Below, one piece after another: positions 13,340 through 26,109 of a DNA stretch of 64,000 nt; the first letter of the stretch is position 1, and each line of letters begins with the position of its first letter. Origin of the DNA: Octopus sinensis. Its lineage: Eukaryota. The position numbers and the translations under genes are program-made. Where the stretch lies: positions 88,474,001-88,538,000 of the forward strand of contig NC_043005.1 in NCBI RefSeq assembly GCF_006345805.1, written 5' to 3'. The notes below the pieces were generated by a model, which made no database searches, had not been told where the DNA came from, and saw nothing but the letters and a program-made list of their open reading frames with translations.

Positions 13340-13610
13340 GAGCACCGCCTTTAGTCGAACAAATCGATCCCTAGTATTTATTCTATTGGTCTTTTTTTTG
13401 CCGAACGGGGATGTAAACACACCAACATGGGGACAAACAGACATACAGGCTTCTTTCAGTTTCCATCTACCAAATCCATTCACAAGGCTTTGGTCGGCCC
13501 GAGGCTATAGGAGAATCATGATCACTTGCTCAAGGTGCTACGCAGTTGGACTGAACCCGGAACCATGTCGTTGATAAGCAAGCTACTTACCACACAACCA
13601 CTCCTGCGCC
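13340..13610 (-). mobile_element. SINE family B (CORE-like)
   Basis: tRNA-like head (GGCGCAGGAGTGGTTGTGTGGTAAG...GGTTCAGTCC) plus CORE-like block. Confidence 0.8.
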
Positions 13611-13865
13611 TAAATTTTTTATACGTACTTAAACTTTGATATCCATGAAGTTTGAAAACTTTTATAGCCATAAACCTATCACAGAAAATCCAATCTCCTC
13701 ATAAACCCCTCTCTCCTACCATTTATTACATTTTATCTTGTTTCATCTTCCTCCTTTATCTTTCCCAACCTCTCTTACTAACGACGTCACCCTCTTATCT
13801 TACCACATAATAAATATATATATATATATATATATAAATATACATACACACACACATTATATACG

Positions 13866-13899
<34 letters not shown>

Positions 13900-13907
<8 letters not shown>

Positions 13908-14482
13908 ATTCTCCCTTGGTTAGCTATTCGATTAGTAGAACTACTCATAAAATTAACGGGTAGCTAACCGAATATACTCCTATGATACCCTTAATATAAT
14001 TCCCGGGGTTTATCAGCAAGACAGAATGTGACGGTGTACCTTTAAAGCTACGCTACATCTGACGACGGACGTCCACGGAGGAGTATCCGTCTGTGTAATT
14101 TCCTTGATAAGACTTGCGTTGGCCGAAGGCTATGTATAGTCGTGTAAGACAATTCTCAGAATGAGAACCTGGGATCCCGTAACCTCCAAGTGAACTTCTT
14201 AACCACTCGACTATGTCTGCGTCTATGTAACACACGCACAAATATTATATATGTGTGTATGTTTGTGTATTGTATGTGCGTGTGTTCCAAAATAACGACG
14301 AGATTAACAACACAAGGGACAAAGTGAAAACTATATTATATCACCACAGTATATTAAATGGTACTGACTTTTCTGGTGTCCCAGAAATGGAACAGAAAAT
14401 GGTGAATGTTAAATCGCGAGGAATTGGAACGAGAAACACGTAAATCCATACAAACATTTATACCACTATCTATATATATCTA

Positions 14483-14529
<47 letters not shown>

Positions 14530-15800
14530 ATATCTATATGTATGAGGAGCCGGAATTGTCAAGTGATACGTTGAACAACAGGCAAAAATAACAAGGTTGC
14601 AATAGGCCACGTCGTCCAATCCACTCACCAAAAATAACGAGCAGAACTCTTTGGATGATGGTGGCTAAGTATAAACGTAAATACACACAGCATATATATG
14701 TTTATAGAGAGACAGACAGACAGACAGGGACGTATAACATAGATTCAGCAAGAATAAGGTGAATGCAATAATATTTGAACCACAAACTGCCAACAACAAC
14801 TCGAAGACAAGAGAGAGAAATTATGATGATATGATGTGAATGTAAACATAAACACCAAATAGCCAGAACCGACACATTACACACACAACATACAAACATA
14901 TATATATATATATATATACATATATATGTATATATATATACATACATACACACACACAGAATGTATACATATGTGTCTGTCTGTTATATTTTTGTGGCTG
15001 TTTGTGCGTATATAAATATATGTTTGTGTGTGTCAGTATTATACATTATACATACATAGATAAATACGTAGATGAATAAATAAATGAGTAGACATAATTT
15101 AAAAACCTTTGCAGGCGTTATAAAGTTTCACTTGATGCCATGAACCCAGAGGTCGGTGTTGAAGAGGAAGAAACATGCCGCCGCCGCCGACGCCACCACC
15201 GCTCCTCATCCGCTGGTATTTTCCTTTGACTGTATATATATAAGATATATATATATATATATATATGTGGAGAGAGATGGGGATTATGAGACGAATTAAG
15301 GGTTGGTGAAGTCCTTCAACGGCGCCACCACCTCAGAGAAGGTGGTGGCGGCTCTGAAAGAGTCACCTGCCAGGCTTGCCACAGACTTTCGGTTTCTTCT
15401 CAAGGAATTTCACCCACACCCGTCCACACACAACAAACAAAAAGTTTGCTTGCGTCGTGGGGTGCACCTCGGCGCTTATTGCTGTTGTTGTTGTCTGTGC
15501 TGCGCCCGTGTTTGTCCCTCACCAGCGACCACCGTAACGACAACACGGCAAGAGATCAGCCATCTTTAAATACACCAAAACATACGCACACGCACGCGCG
15601 CACACACACATACATAAACACGCACGCGCGCACACACAGACTCACACACACACACACATACTACGCATACATATACACGATTTCACAAGCTTACTACACA
15701 CACGCAGCTCGTTGGGATTATACACTCACTCACGCAACTGAACGGTCTTAATACGCTTACAACACATTCGTATTCACATACATTCGTACGTGTTTACACA
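13900..15800. promoter_or_regulatory. Second CpG-rich promoter/5'-exon-like island
   Basis: CpG-rich unique sequence between CA/TA microsatellites; clean - strand 36-nt exon-like unit at 14629-14664 (TTTATACTTAG|...|GTGAGT). Gene not identified. Confidence 0.3.
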
Positions 15801-16110
15801 CACACACACAAACGCGCACATACACCTAGATGTAGACAGATGTATAGATACACACGCACACACACACACACACATACAGGTAAATGTGGAAGGAGAGGGA
15901 GGAGGATAACAACTGTATATACGAAAATATATATACGTATATATATATGATGTGTTTATTTTATGCCTGAATATTAACCATACACTAAATGGGAAATATA
16001 AATAGACTGACACACACACACACATACACACGCATATACATACAGATACATGTGTATATATGCGTATGTGTATATAAGCACACATACATATGCATACAGA
16101 CATACATACG

Positions 16111-16148
<38 letters not shown>

Positions 16149-16695
16149 AGTGTATATCATCATCATCATTTAACGTCAATTTTCCGTGCTGGTATGGGTT
16201 GGACTGTCTGCCCAGAGCTGGGAAGCCAAAGGAGCTACCTAGGCTCCAATTGTCTGCTTTGGTCTGGTTTCTACGGCTGGATGCCTGTCTTAATGCCAAC
16301 CACTTTACAGAGTGAGCTTCTTAGGTGGCACCAGCACAGGTGCCGAGATGTGATACTGGCACAAGTGCTTTTTACATGGCACTAGGACATGTACATATAT
16401 ATATTCGCAGACACATCTAGATGTATATAAATAAATACCTGTACACATATATCAAATGGATGTGTTATAATACTATTCTATATATACAAAAGCAGCCATA
16501 TTAACAATCCAATATACCTCCATCATCAGCTGCCCCATGGATATCATTATGGTTTTGACACCTGGGCAGGACCATTCAATCTGGCGGTGTCAACAGCAGT
16601 GCTGAAATTCAATAAATAAATCTATAACCAACTCCTAAACAGCGACCAAACCTTTAAGTCATGCATTTTATTCCCTACAGTCTTCTATAGTATGA

Positions 16696-19313
16696 TATAA
16701 AGATGAAAGCTTAAAGAAACAGGCCTGTAAAGCCTGGAGGGATGGGGGTAGCAGGGAACTGTACCAGGTAGCCAAAAGGGAGGCTGGGCGGCAGGTATAC
16801 ATAGCCAAAGATGTAGCAGAAAAGAAGAAGTTTGCCAATGTCCAGCGACGTGAGGACCAAAGAGCTGAGGTATTTCGGATTGCCAGACAGTGTGTGAGAG
16901 AAAATAGTGATGTTACAGGAGAGAAATGTGTCCGCATGGATGATGGGGCACTTGCTTTTAATGTTGGTGAAAAGAAAGAGGCTTGGAGAAGCCATTATGA
17001 AAGACTGCTGAATGTGGAGAATGAATGGGAGGAGGAGAGCCTGCCAAATGTTGACCCAGTAGAGGGACCAGCTATCCAAATGGACAGCTCCCTTGTAGTT
17101 AAGGCAATTAAGGATATGAAACCAGGTAAAGCCCCCGGCCCATCAGGAATCACTGCTGAGATGCTTAAAACAGCTGGCTATGTGGGCTATGGCCTAGTCA
17201 CCCGCATTGTAAACCAGGTAGTTCATAATGGAGTCATACCCAATGACTGGCGTAGCAGCACCATAGTCAACTGCTACAAGGGTAAGAGTGATGCTCTAGA
17301 TAGAAATAACTACAGGGGTATTAAACTGTTGGATCAGGTGATGAAGGTCACAGAGAGGATCATAACCCATCTCATTAGGGACAGAATTTGCTTAGATGAG
17401 ATGCAGTTCGGTTTTGTGCCGGGTAGAAGCACCACTGATGCTATATTCCTGGTCCGACAACTGCAGGAGAAGTACCTAGTTAAAGATAAACCCCTCTACA
17501 TAGGTTTTGTGGACTTGGAGATAGCCTTTGACATGGTCCCCTGACCCCTTATCTGGTGGTCGATGCGGAAACTGGAGATTGACAAATGGCTAATAAGGGC
17601 TGTACAGGCCCTATACAGAGAGGCTGTCAGCAAGGTTAGGATTGGCAACGAATATAGTGAAGAATTCGGGTAGAAGTAGGTGTACACCAAGGCTCAGCCC
17701 TCAGTCCCCTTTTATTCATCATAGTCCTCCAGGCAATAACAGAAGAATTCAAAACAGGATGCCCCTGGGAGCTCCTCTATGCTGATGACCTGGCTCTCAT
17801 AGCAGAATCACTACCGAAACTAGAAAAGAAATTTTTGGTGTGGAAGCAAGGGTTAGAATCAAAGGGCCTTAGAGTAAATGTAGCAAAGACCAAAGTTATA
17901 GTAAGCAGAAAGGCGAACTCAGCACACACCCCCTAGGGCAGGTGGCCCTGCTCGATCTGTAGGAAAGGTGTAGGTAGAAACTCCATAAGATGCACCCAGT
18001 GTAAGCTATAGACGCATAAGAGGTGCAGCAACATCAAAGGGAAATTAACTGATAAGATAGCTTTCATGTGTGGCAGATGCACAGGGACAATAGACACCAC
18101 AGATTCTCAGAAAACAGATTCCATCACACTCCAGGGGGAGAAACTAGAAGTAGTTGATAGTTTCCGCTACCTGTAGTAGTGGAGGTGGATGCTCAGAGAG
18201 TATTACCACTAGAATACGAATAGCCTGGGCAAAGTTCAGAAAGCTCCTACCCCTACTGGCGACAAAGGGTCTCTCGCTCAAAGTGAAAGGTAGATTGTAT
18301 GACACATGTGTGCAAACTGCCATGCTTCACGGTAGTGAAACATGGGCGGTGACTGCAGAGGACATGCGTAGACTTGAAAAGAATGAAGCTAGCATGATCT
18401 GCTGGATGTGTAATGTCAGTGTGCGCGCACGACAGAGGGTAAGCACCCTGAGAGAAATGCTGGACATAAGAAGCATCAGATGTGGTGTGCAAGAGCGATA
18501 CTTGCGATGGTATGGTCATGTACTGCGGATGGATGAGGAGAGATGTGTGAAGAAATGTCACTCCCAAACAGTTGAAGGTATCAGGGGGAGAGGTAGACCC
18601 AGGAAGACATGGGATGAGGTAGTCAAGCATGAACTCAAAGTGTTGGGCCTCACTGAGGCAATGGCGAAGGACTGAGATCTCTGGAGATATGCTGTGACTG
18701 CAAAGACTTGGGCTGCTTCCTGCACCAGTTCCGCATAGCCCCTGCCCATTCAAAGTACCTTGGATTCCAGAACATCTCGCCGTTCTTGAGGAGACCTGTT
18801 GAGTCAAGTACATGAACATCGAAATAAATATCAATGGAAATAGTAGTTGTGATACCTGTGCCGGTGGCACATAAAAGCACCATCCAAACGTGGCTGTTGC
18901 CAGCGCCGCCTCGACTAGCTTCTGTGCCGGTGGCACATAAAAAGCACCATCCGAACGTGGCCGATGCCAGCACTGCCTCGACTGGCTCCAGTGCTGGTGG
19001 CACATAAAAAGCACCATCCGAACGTGGCTGATGACAGCACCGCCTTGGCTGGCTTCCGTGCCGGTGGCACATTAAAAGCACCAACCGATCGTGGCCGATG
19101 CCGGACCCCCTGGCACCTGTGCAGGTGGCACGTAAAAAGCACCCACTACACTCTCGGAGTGGTTGGCGTTAGGAAGGGCATCAAGCTGTAGAAACTCTGC
19201 CAGATCATACTGGAGCCGGGTGCAGCCCCTGGCTTCCCAGACCCCAGTTGAACCGTCCAACCCGTGCTAGCATGGAAAACGGACGTTAAACGATGATGAT
19301 GATGATGATGATG
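16696..19313 (+). mobile_element. 5'-truncated RTE-clade LINE (reverse transcriptase, PHD-like finger, 3'UTR, (GAT)n tail); inactive
   Basis: Frame open 16696-17544 (KAPGPSGITAE, NYRGIKLL, QFGFVPGRSTTDAIF), YADD at 17778-17789, LRWYGHVLR and RGRPRKTW at the C-terminus; premature TGA/TAG and frameshifts; no endonuclease domain. Confidence 0.95.
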
Positions 19314-19397
19314 ATTCAATCTAAATATAGGCAGAATTGAACACTAACTTTAAAATTAAACTACAACAAACACATAAATCTATGTACAACTATATCA

Positions 19398-19449
<52 letters not shown>

Positions 19450-19634
19450 GAAGGTTTGAAAATGCAATTTTAAAAGATGTTTATTTACTTAAACATCTTT
19501 TAAAATTGCATTTTCAAACCTTCTTTCATATATATATATATATATATATACTGATATAGTTGTACATAGATTTATGTGTTTGTTGTAGTTAATTTTAAAG
19601 TTAGCGTTTAATCTTGCCTATATTTAGATTGAAT
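19314..19634. repeat. ~320-bp near-perfect palindrome (fold-back)
   Basis: ATTCAATCTAAATATAGG...GATGTTTA / TAAACATC...CCTATATTTAGATTGAAT with a ~6-nt loop. Confidence 0.95.
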
Positions 19635-19694
19635 GAATGCGGTTATTAAGCTTTCATCTTTATATCATACTATAGAAGACTGTAGGGAATAAAA

Positions 19695-19726
<32 letters not shown>

Positions 19727-19739
19727 GATAGATAGATAT

Positions 19740-20260
19740 GCATATCATCATTATCATTATCGTCGTTTAAACGTCCGCTTTCCATGCTAGCATGGATTGG
19801 ACTGTTTGACTGAGGGCTGGTGAACCAGATGGCTGCACCAGGCTCCAATCTTGATCTGGCAGAGTTTCTACAGCTTGATGCCCTTCCTAACACCAACCAC
19901 TCTGAGAGTGTAGTGGGTTCTTTTACATGCCACCAGCACGAGGGCCAGTCAGGCGGTACTGGCAACGACCTCACTCGAATCCTTTTACACATGCCAATGG
20001 CACAGGTGCCAGTAAGGCGATGCTGGTGACGATCCCGCTTGAATGGTGCTTCCTACATGCCACCGGCACGGAAGCCAGTTAGCTGCTCTGGCAGCGATCA
20101 CACTCAGATGGTGCTCTTAGCACCCTACTAGCACGGGGCACAAGTGCCAGTAAGGCGATGCTGGTAACGATCACACTCGAATGGTGCCTTTTATGTGCCA
20201 CTGGCACGGAATCCGGTTAGCTGCTCTGTCAATGATCACGCTCATATGGTACTCGTGCCT
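19740..20260 (-). mobile_element. RTE-LINE 3' tail copy
   Basis: Reverse complement of the 18850-19313 tail including tandem units. Confidence 0.85.
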
Positions 20261-21905
20261 GTCATCTATATACATGTATACACACACACACACACGTCAC
20301 CTCTCCCAATCTTCTGTCCCCATTCTCTCTTCTATTCACTTTATTGTACCTTGAGGGGCCACCCTGACACCTTATCACCACTATCTTTATCTCTCTTCCC
20401 ATCTCTGCTCTCATTCTTTCCATCCACTCTTGTATAATGTAGCCATGTAGCCCTCAAGCAAGAAACCTGTAGCATGGCTCGGTGATATCCTCACCGTTTG
20501 AGAGATATATTAGAAATGATCTTGTGTTAGATAGCAACCATCTTTGGCCATTTGGACCCTGTTGTGTCCACTGCTCTGATTGGTTGGCATTGGCACAGTT
20601 TGTCTCTTGACTTATTTCGCGCCAATGTGTAAACCAACCAATCACAACCTTTCAATAAGGTCCCGTGACACTGTTTTTCTGATGCCTTGTTTTGAGCCAC
20701 CTAAACCCTTTAAAAAGGCTAGATCAACAGACTATTATTTGTCTTAAGTTCTAGTCCTAAGGACTAACCTCTGACCACAAAGCAACTCAACCATGTTCTA
20801 GCGACATCAGCCATTTTTTATCGCTGTCTTGTCACTCAAACAGTAAGGATATCTCCGAGCCACACTACAAACCTTGCCCCTGCTCTGATCATTTCACTTC
20901 TCAACACTACACATAAAGTTACTTCCCCTCTACTGTAATCCCTTAGTTGAAAGGGACGTTAGTCAAGCAGACTACACTGCAATCTCACTTCTGCTGGTCC
21001 CATCAAAAAGAGTACATGATAAATACCAGTCAAGAACTGGGCTTATTGTAATCAACTGCCCCCAACCCTCAGAATTGCTGGTTTGGTGCCTAAATAAGAA
21101 ATCATTAGTATATTTTTGCATCTTCTTAACATTAATTTTTGCATGTTTGCAATCAGTTAGACAGAATTTGTAGAAGCAGATTTTCTGCGGCGGGATGTCC
21201 TTTCAGTTGCCAACCCTTACATGTTTCCAAGCAAGGTCATGTTTTCCCATGGCCAGATATGTTTTTTACAGAATATTTATTTCTTTATTGCCCACAAGGG
21301 CCTAAACATAGATGGGACAAACAAGGACAGACAAAGAGATTAAGTCGATTACATCAACCCCAGTGCGTAACTGTACTTATTTAATCAACCCCGAAAGGAT
21401 GAAAGGCAAAGTCGACCTCGACAGAATTTGAACTCAGAACATAACGGCAGATGAAATACCACAAAGCATTTTGCCCGGCATTCTAACAATTCTGCCAGCT
21501 TGCCACCGTTTTGGTGGAATACTGGAAACACATAACTTTGCTAATGTGACGATGATGCTCATTTATAACCATCAAAAGATGTCTACACACACACACATAT
21601 ATCAAAACAGGAAATGTTTTGGCATTATTTGTTCCCCAACAGGAGATATAAAGGTGTACATGCAGAAAAATATGTAAGACAGTTCTTATTAGAAATTCCT
21701 CAAAGAATTTAAATAATGCCAAAGTATTTTTTTAATATTCAGTTTAATTTATAATTAATCTGCAAAAACTATTTTTTTAGAATTTTTCAACTCTTATGCA
21801 TACCTCATACAATTTTGGAGTACTTGAAAATGAAGATGTACTTTAAGAGGACACAGCTTGGATTTTAACCCTATCCACAAACTATATATCGTAAGAAGCC
21901 CATTG

Positions 21906-21939
<34 letters not shown>

Positions 21940-22169
21940 CACACACACACAGATAAGAAAAGAAATGGAACAACAATTAACAATTAGAAGTTAATCATTG
22001 ATATTAAATGGTCATAGTTTAATTAACATTTACATCTGTTTTAGTTTGTTATTTTTGAGGTGAATTTGCATTTATCTCACTGCTCCCTTTCTTATCTGAA
22101 TATATTAAACCATGGTTTACCATTTAAATTACCAACTGCAGTGACCTGAATAATAATAATAATAATAAT

Positions 22170-22345
22170 ATCGAAAAATACCTTAGGAATGAGAACCCAG
22201 GTTCAAAATTTCCCCAAGACACCTGATGAAGGCTGGAAGGTATATCAGCCGAAGCATTGTGTTAACAACGAACAATATAAGGACAAATATCCGTCAAATG
22301 TAAATAATGTACATAATTCCTCATCTCTTAGATATAGAACAGGAC
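22170..22345 (+). mobile_element. Penelope-like pLTR-type repeat, HHR family 1 (core mutated)
   Basis: GACAC-CTGATGA-AGGCTG..CAGCC-GAAG-CATT-GTGTT; GAAA is changed to GAAG. Confidence 0.65.
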
Positions 22346-22559
22346 AATGGAGAGTTCTAATCTAGCAAGAGGCTACAACAATGACATCTCTTACACACAC
22401 ATATCGACATTGAGCTGTTAGAAGTAGATATAACAGTGGTTTATTTTACAGGTACATGGACACACTTTCAACTGTTAGAGTTATGGTATAAATATATATA
22501 TATATATACTAGCTTAATGTGACCCGCTCTACGTGCAGGTAAGAGTGTGGTTGTTACTT

Positions 22560-22892
22560 TCTGTTGCTTCCTTTCAGCACGTAAAAAAAGCACCATCCGA
22601 ACGTGGCTGATGGCAGCGCCGCCCTGACTGGCTTCTGTGCCGGTGGCACGTAAAAAGCACCAACCGATCGTGGCCACTGCTAGCCCCTCTGGCAGCTGTG
22701 CCAGCAGCACGAAAAAAGCACCCACTACACTCACAGAGTGGTTGGCGTTAGGAAGAGCATCCAGCTGTAGAAACACTGCCAGATCAGACTGGAGCCTGGT
22801 ACAGCCTCCTGGCTTCCCAGACCCCGGTCAAACTGTCCAACCCGTGCTAGCACGGAAAATGGACGTTAAACGATGATGATGATAATGATGAT
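22560..22892 (+). mobile_element. RTE-LINE 3' tail copy
   Basis: Matches 18850-19313; ends in (GAT)n. Confidence 0.85.
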
Positions 22893-23364
22893 TCTCCCTC
22901 TTTGTTTCTCTCTCACTTTCCCACTCTTTTTTTTCTCTTGGACTCTCCCTCGCTTTCTCTTACTCTCTATCTTTATCTAGCTCTCTCCCATTTATAAACA
23001 ACAAAAGATCTTGAGTAAGTTGAGAAATAAAATATTTTGAAAGATCAATCATAAATATCAGGCAGTGACAACGGAAAGGTCCGCTTCAAGGCAGACAGCA
23101 AAACACTAACACTTAAAAGGGACAGACGAACTTGTGAGCTGAATAAAAATAATATAATATTGGAAACCAAAGTTTGAAGGGATAGAATCTGAGGATAGTA
23201 GAGTCACCATGGCTGGCATTTCTTAACGACGGACAGCAACGTATTGACAGTTTAACAGCTGGTGTAAAATTTTGAACTTGATGTAAAAGAAAATTCCTAA
23301 ACACCAAGTTTTGAATAATCGAAGCCCTGGTGACAATATGATTCTCAGTTGAACAGATAGTCTT

Positions 23365-23742
23365 TTATTTGTTTCAGGCATTTGATTGTGGCCATGCTGG
23401 AGCACTGCCTTTAGTTGAACAAATTGACCCTAGGACTTATTCTTTGTTATCCTAGTACTTATTCAATCAGTCTCTTCGGCCAAACTGCTAAGTTACAAGG
23501 ATGTAAACACAGCAGCATCGGTTGTCAAATGATTGTGTGTGAGGGGGGAAAGACACACACACATATATATATATATACACGATGGACTACTTTCAGTTTC
23601 CGTCTACCAAATCCACTCACAAAGTTTTGGTTGGCTAGAGGGTATAGCAGAAGACACTTGCCCAAGGTGGCATGCAGTGGGACTGAACCCAGAACCATGC
23701 GGTTGGTAAGCAAGCTTCTTACCACACAGCCACTCCTGTGCC
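23365..23742 (-). mobile_element. SINE family B, near full length
   Basis: Head, CORE-like block, internal CA/TA microsatellite and 3' tail as in the other copies. Confidence 0.85.
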
Positions 23743-24410
23743 TATGCAAGGTTTCTCAACATTATTTCACTGAACCACTTTGAGAGACCTTCACTACTTA
23801 CTTCAATCATCTAACCAGCTTTCAACATCAGTTTTCTGTTCATTAAGCCTGTCTGTGCCCACCACTTCTGTATATAGCGGCACTCAAGTCCCGACTGTGA
23901 AAGGTGACCATTTTAAGGACTGTGCAGTGTCTGAACACCTCTGTTATACCAGTACAGAGGATGTGACAGTTTCTGACTTATGTGAAACTAACTGAATAGG
24001 ATGACAGGAACCTAGATGAAGAGTAATCGATGATGTTGAAGTTTGGCAGCTGATGAGACAACTTTACACCAAACCATTTGTCTTTGGGTCAATGGTAAGA
24101 GTCAGTTGTGTGGTTTCTTGTAGATGTCCAGCTGGTGGGAAACTGACAAGAGTTAACGTGGCAAATCTCCTTCAGAAACAGAATGACCACTGGCCTTGAA
24201 AAGCTGGAGATAATCAATGTATCTATCCTTTGTCCTAAAGAATGTCTGACTTACCCAATTCTGTGGAAACATGAAGTACTGTTTGTTTAAAAGTTCATCT
24301 CTGGAGGCACAGAGTCGCAAAAGATTCCTTCAATAAAAACCAAAGTGGCATCCATTCATAAAGAAAAAATTCTAACAACTTGTTATCTTGAACAACTGCA
24401 ATCTTGGAAT

Positions 24411-24811
24411 ATTACTATTTTTAAATCTCACAATGAGAGATATTCAGCAACAGTACTTTGTAGTAAAGATTGTTTGCCAACATAACATGGCAGTCCTGGT
24501 TTAGGACGAATGTTGCTGTAATTTAGCCCCAGGAGACATCATCTCCAGCTGGCTATACGACATAATCTTCTTTATTCTGTTTCAATGCTAATGTATTGTA
24601 GATGTCAGTGACTGGTTTTGGTAAGGTGAGATGGGAACATATGACCTGTGTTATACTCGTAGGTCATAACATTCTTTTAGTTGTGATAATCTTGTACGGC
24701 TGATCGTGTTATACAGCCAGCTCGAGATGATGTCTCCTGGGGCTAAATTACAGCAACATTCGTCCTAAACCAGGATTGCCATGTTATGTTGGCAAACAAT
24801 CTTTACTGCAA
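24411..24811. mobile_element. Fold-back element family X (~130-bp arms); normal spacer replaced
   Basis: Arms match those at 52859-53308 and 62344-62690. Confidence 0.8.
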
Positions 24812-26109
24812 TTTTGGAATTTAAACTAAAGATGGCAGATAGCATCTAAGAGTGCTTAGGTGCTCCACTGACATCAGTAGACAATCAGAGGTGAGTGGCA
24901 TTCTATGGAAAGATAGTAATGATGTTTTGGAATTTACACTGGATGTTAATGGTAAGAGTTTGTGCTGACTCTTTTAGAAGACTTTCCAACTGAGCATTAT
25001 GAACAACTTGTCAAAACCCTTGACTTAATTCTGCAATGAAGGGTGAAAAGCTGTCACAAGGCCCTTCTGGGCTTGACCTCAAAGATATGCAATATTAGGA
25101 CTAAACCCAGAAGGGCTTTGTAAGTGGAATCAAGGAGATAGAAACTGTGCAGAATCCCATTAGATGATCCTAGATCTGTTGGATTAAGGTGGACTTAGGG
25201 AGAAGCAACCACAACCATAATCATCACTATTATCTTTGTCTAAACACATTTCCCATTTCATGACAGCCACAGGCCACCTAGCACAGCCACACACAATTAT
25301 CACAACTAAAAGACTGTTATGATATATAACACAGGTCATATGTTCCCATCTCACCTTGCCAAAACCAGCCACTGACATCTTCAACACATTGAAACAATAT
25401 TTGTAAAAGCTCTACAAAGACAAAATAAGTCTCTTTCTGAAGACATAATGGATGGCTGAGGTTGTGGATCTTAAACAACAAACTCATAACAGTTGACCCA
25501 ACTTAAGGAATGGTTTTTATGTGATCTGATTCTTGGCCATGCTAGAGATTTAATATTATCAATTCTCAAAAGCTGACCTGACTTCAGGTATCATTTCTTT
25601 ATACAACAATGCAACACACACAAATGGAATTTTACAAAGACAAAAAGGTATGACAGCAAAAACAAAACACCAACAAAACATAAAATGCTTAATATGTATT
25701 TGTGGAATTGGTAGGTTGAAAAAGTTCTCACCTCTTCCAGTGGTTAAAAGCTCTGATTTTTTCTCTACAAATCCAATGTACAGTTAAAGGAAGAACCGAA
25801 AGGAAATTAAAAGACATCTGTGTGTCCAAAGACCCAGTCATTGGTGACTCAGCAGTGCCAGGGGTAGGAGGTAAACACCAATGACTTTCTAAATCCCTTC
25901 TGAGATTAGATGGGAATAAATTATTCTCAGACCAGAGACTTTGCAAGACTGAACTCTGCAAAAGAACACTAAAGGCACTCAAAGACTAGCAAGATGACTT
26001 TACCTTCTTGTTATCATGTTTCTGGTGAAATACACAGCCATTGTTTCTATTTATTTTGAAATAAAGAAGATTTAAGGGAAAATAGTTTCTCCAATATTAA
26101 GTTGGTACA

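Noticed and set aside
13340-14230. tRNA genes
   Set aside because: A/B-box-like text belongs to SINE heads; no complete cloverleaf seen here or elsewhere.
913-16385. Many HTHT/YIYI/CVCV ORFs
   Set aside because: Products of (CA)n and (TA)n microsatellites.
18253-19260. Recurring 'MVLFTCH/GAFYVPPA' ORFs here and at many other loci
   Set aside because: Chance frames through the RTE 3'UTR tandem units, on either strand.
23780-24400. Long single-exon CDS or pseudogene in unique sequence
   Set aside because: All six frames have stops and no recognisable domain; only a 73-nt exon candidate is kept, as a hypothesis.
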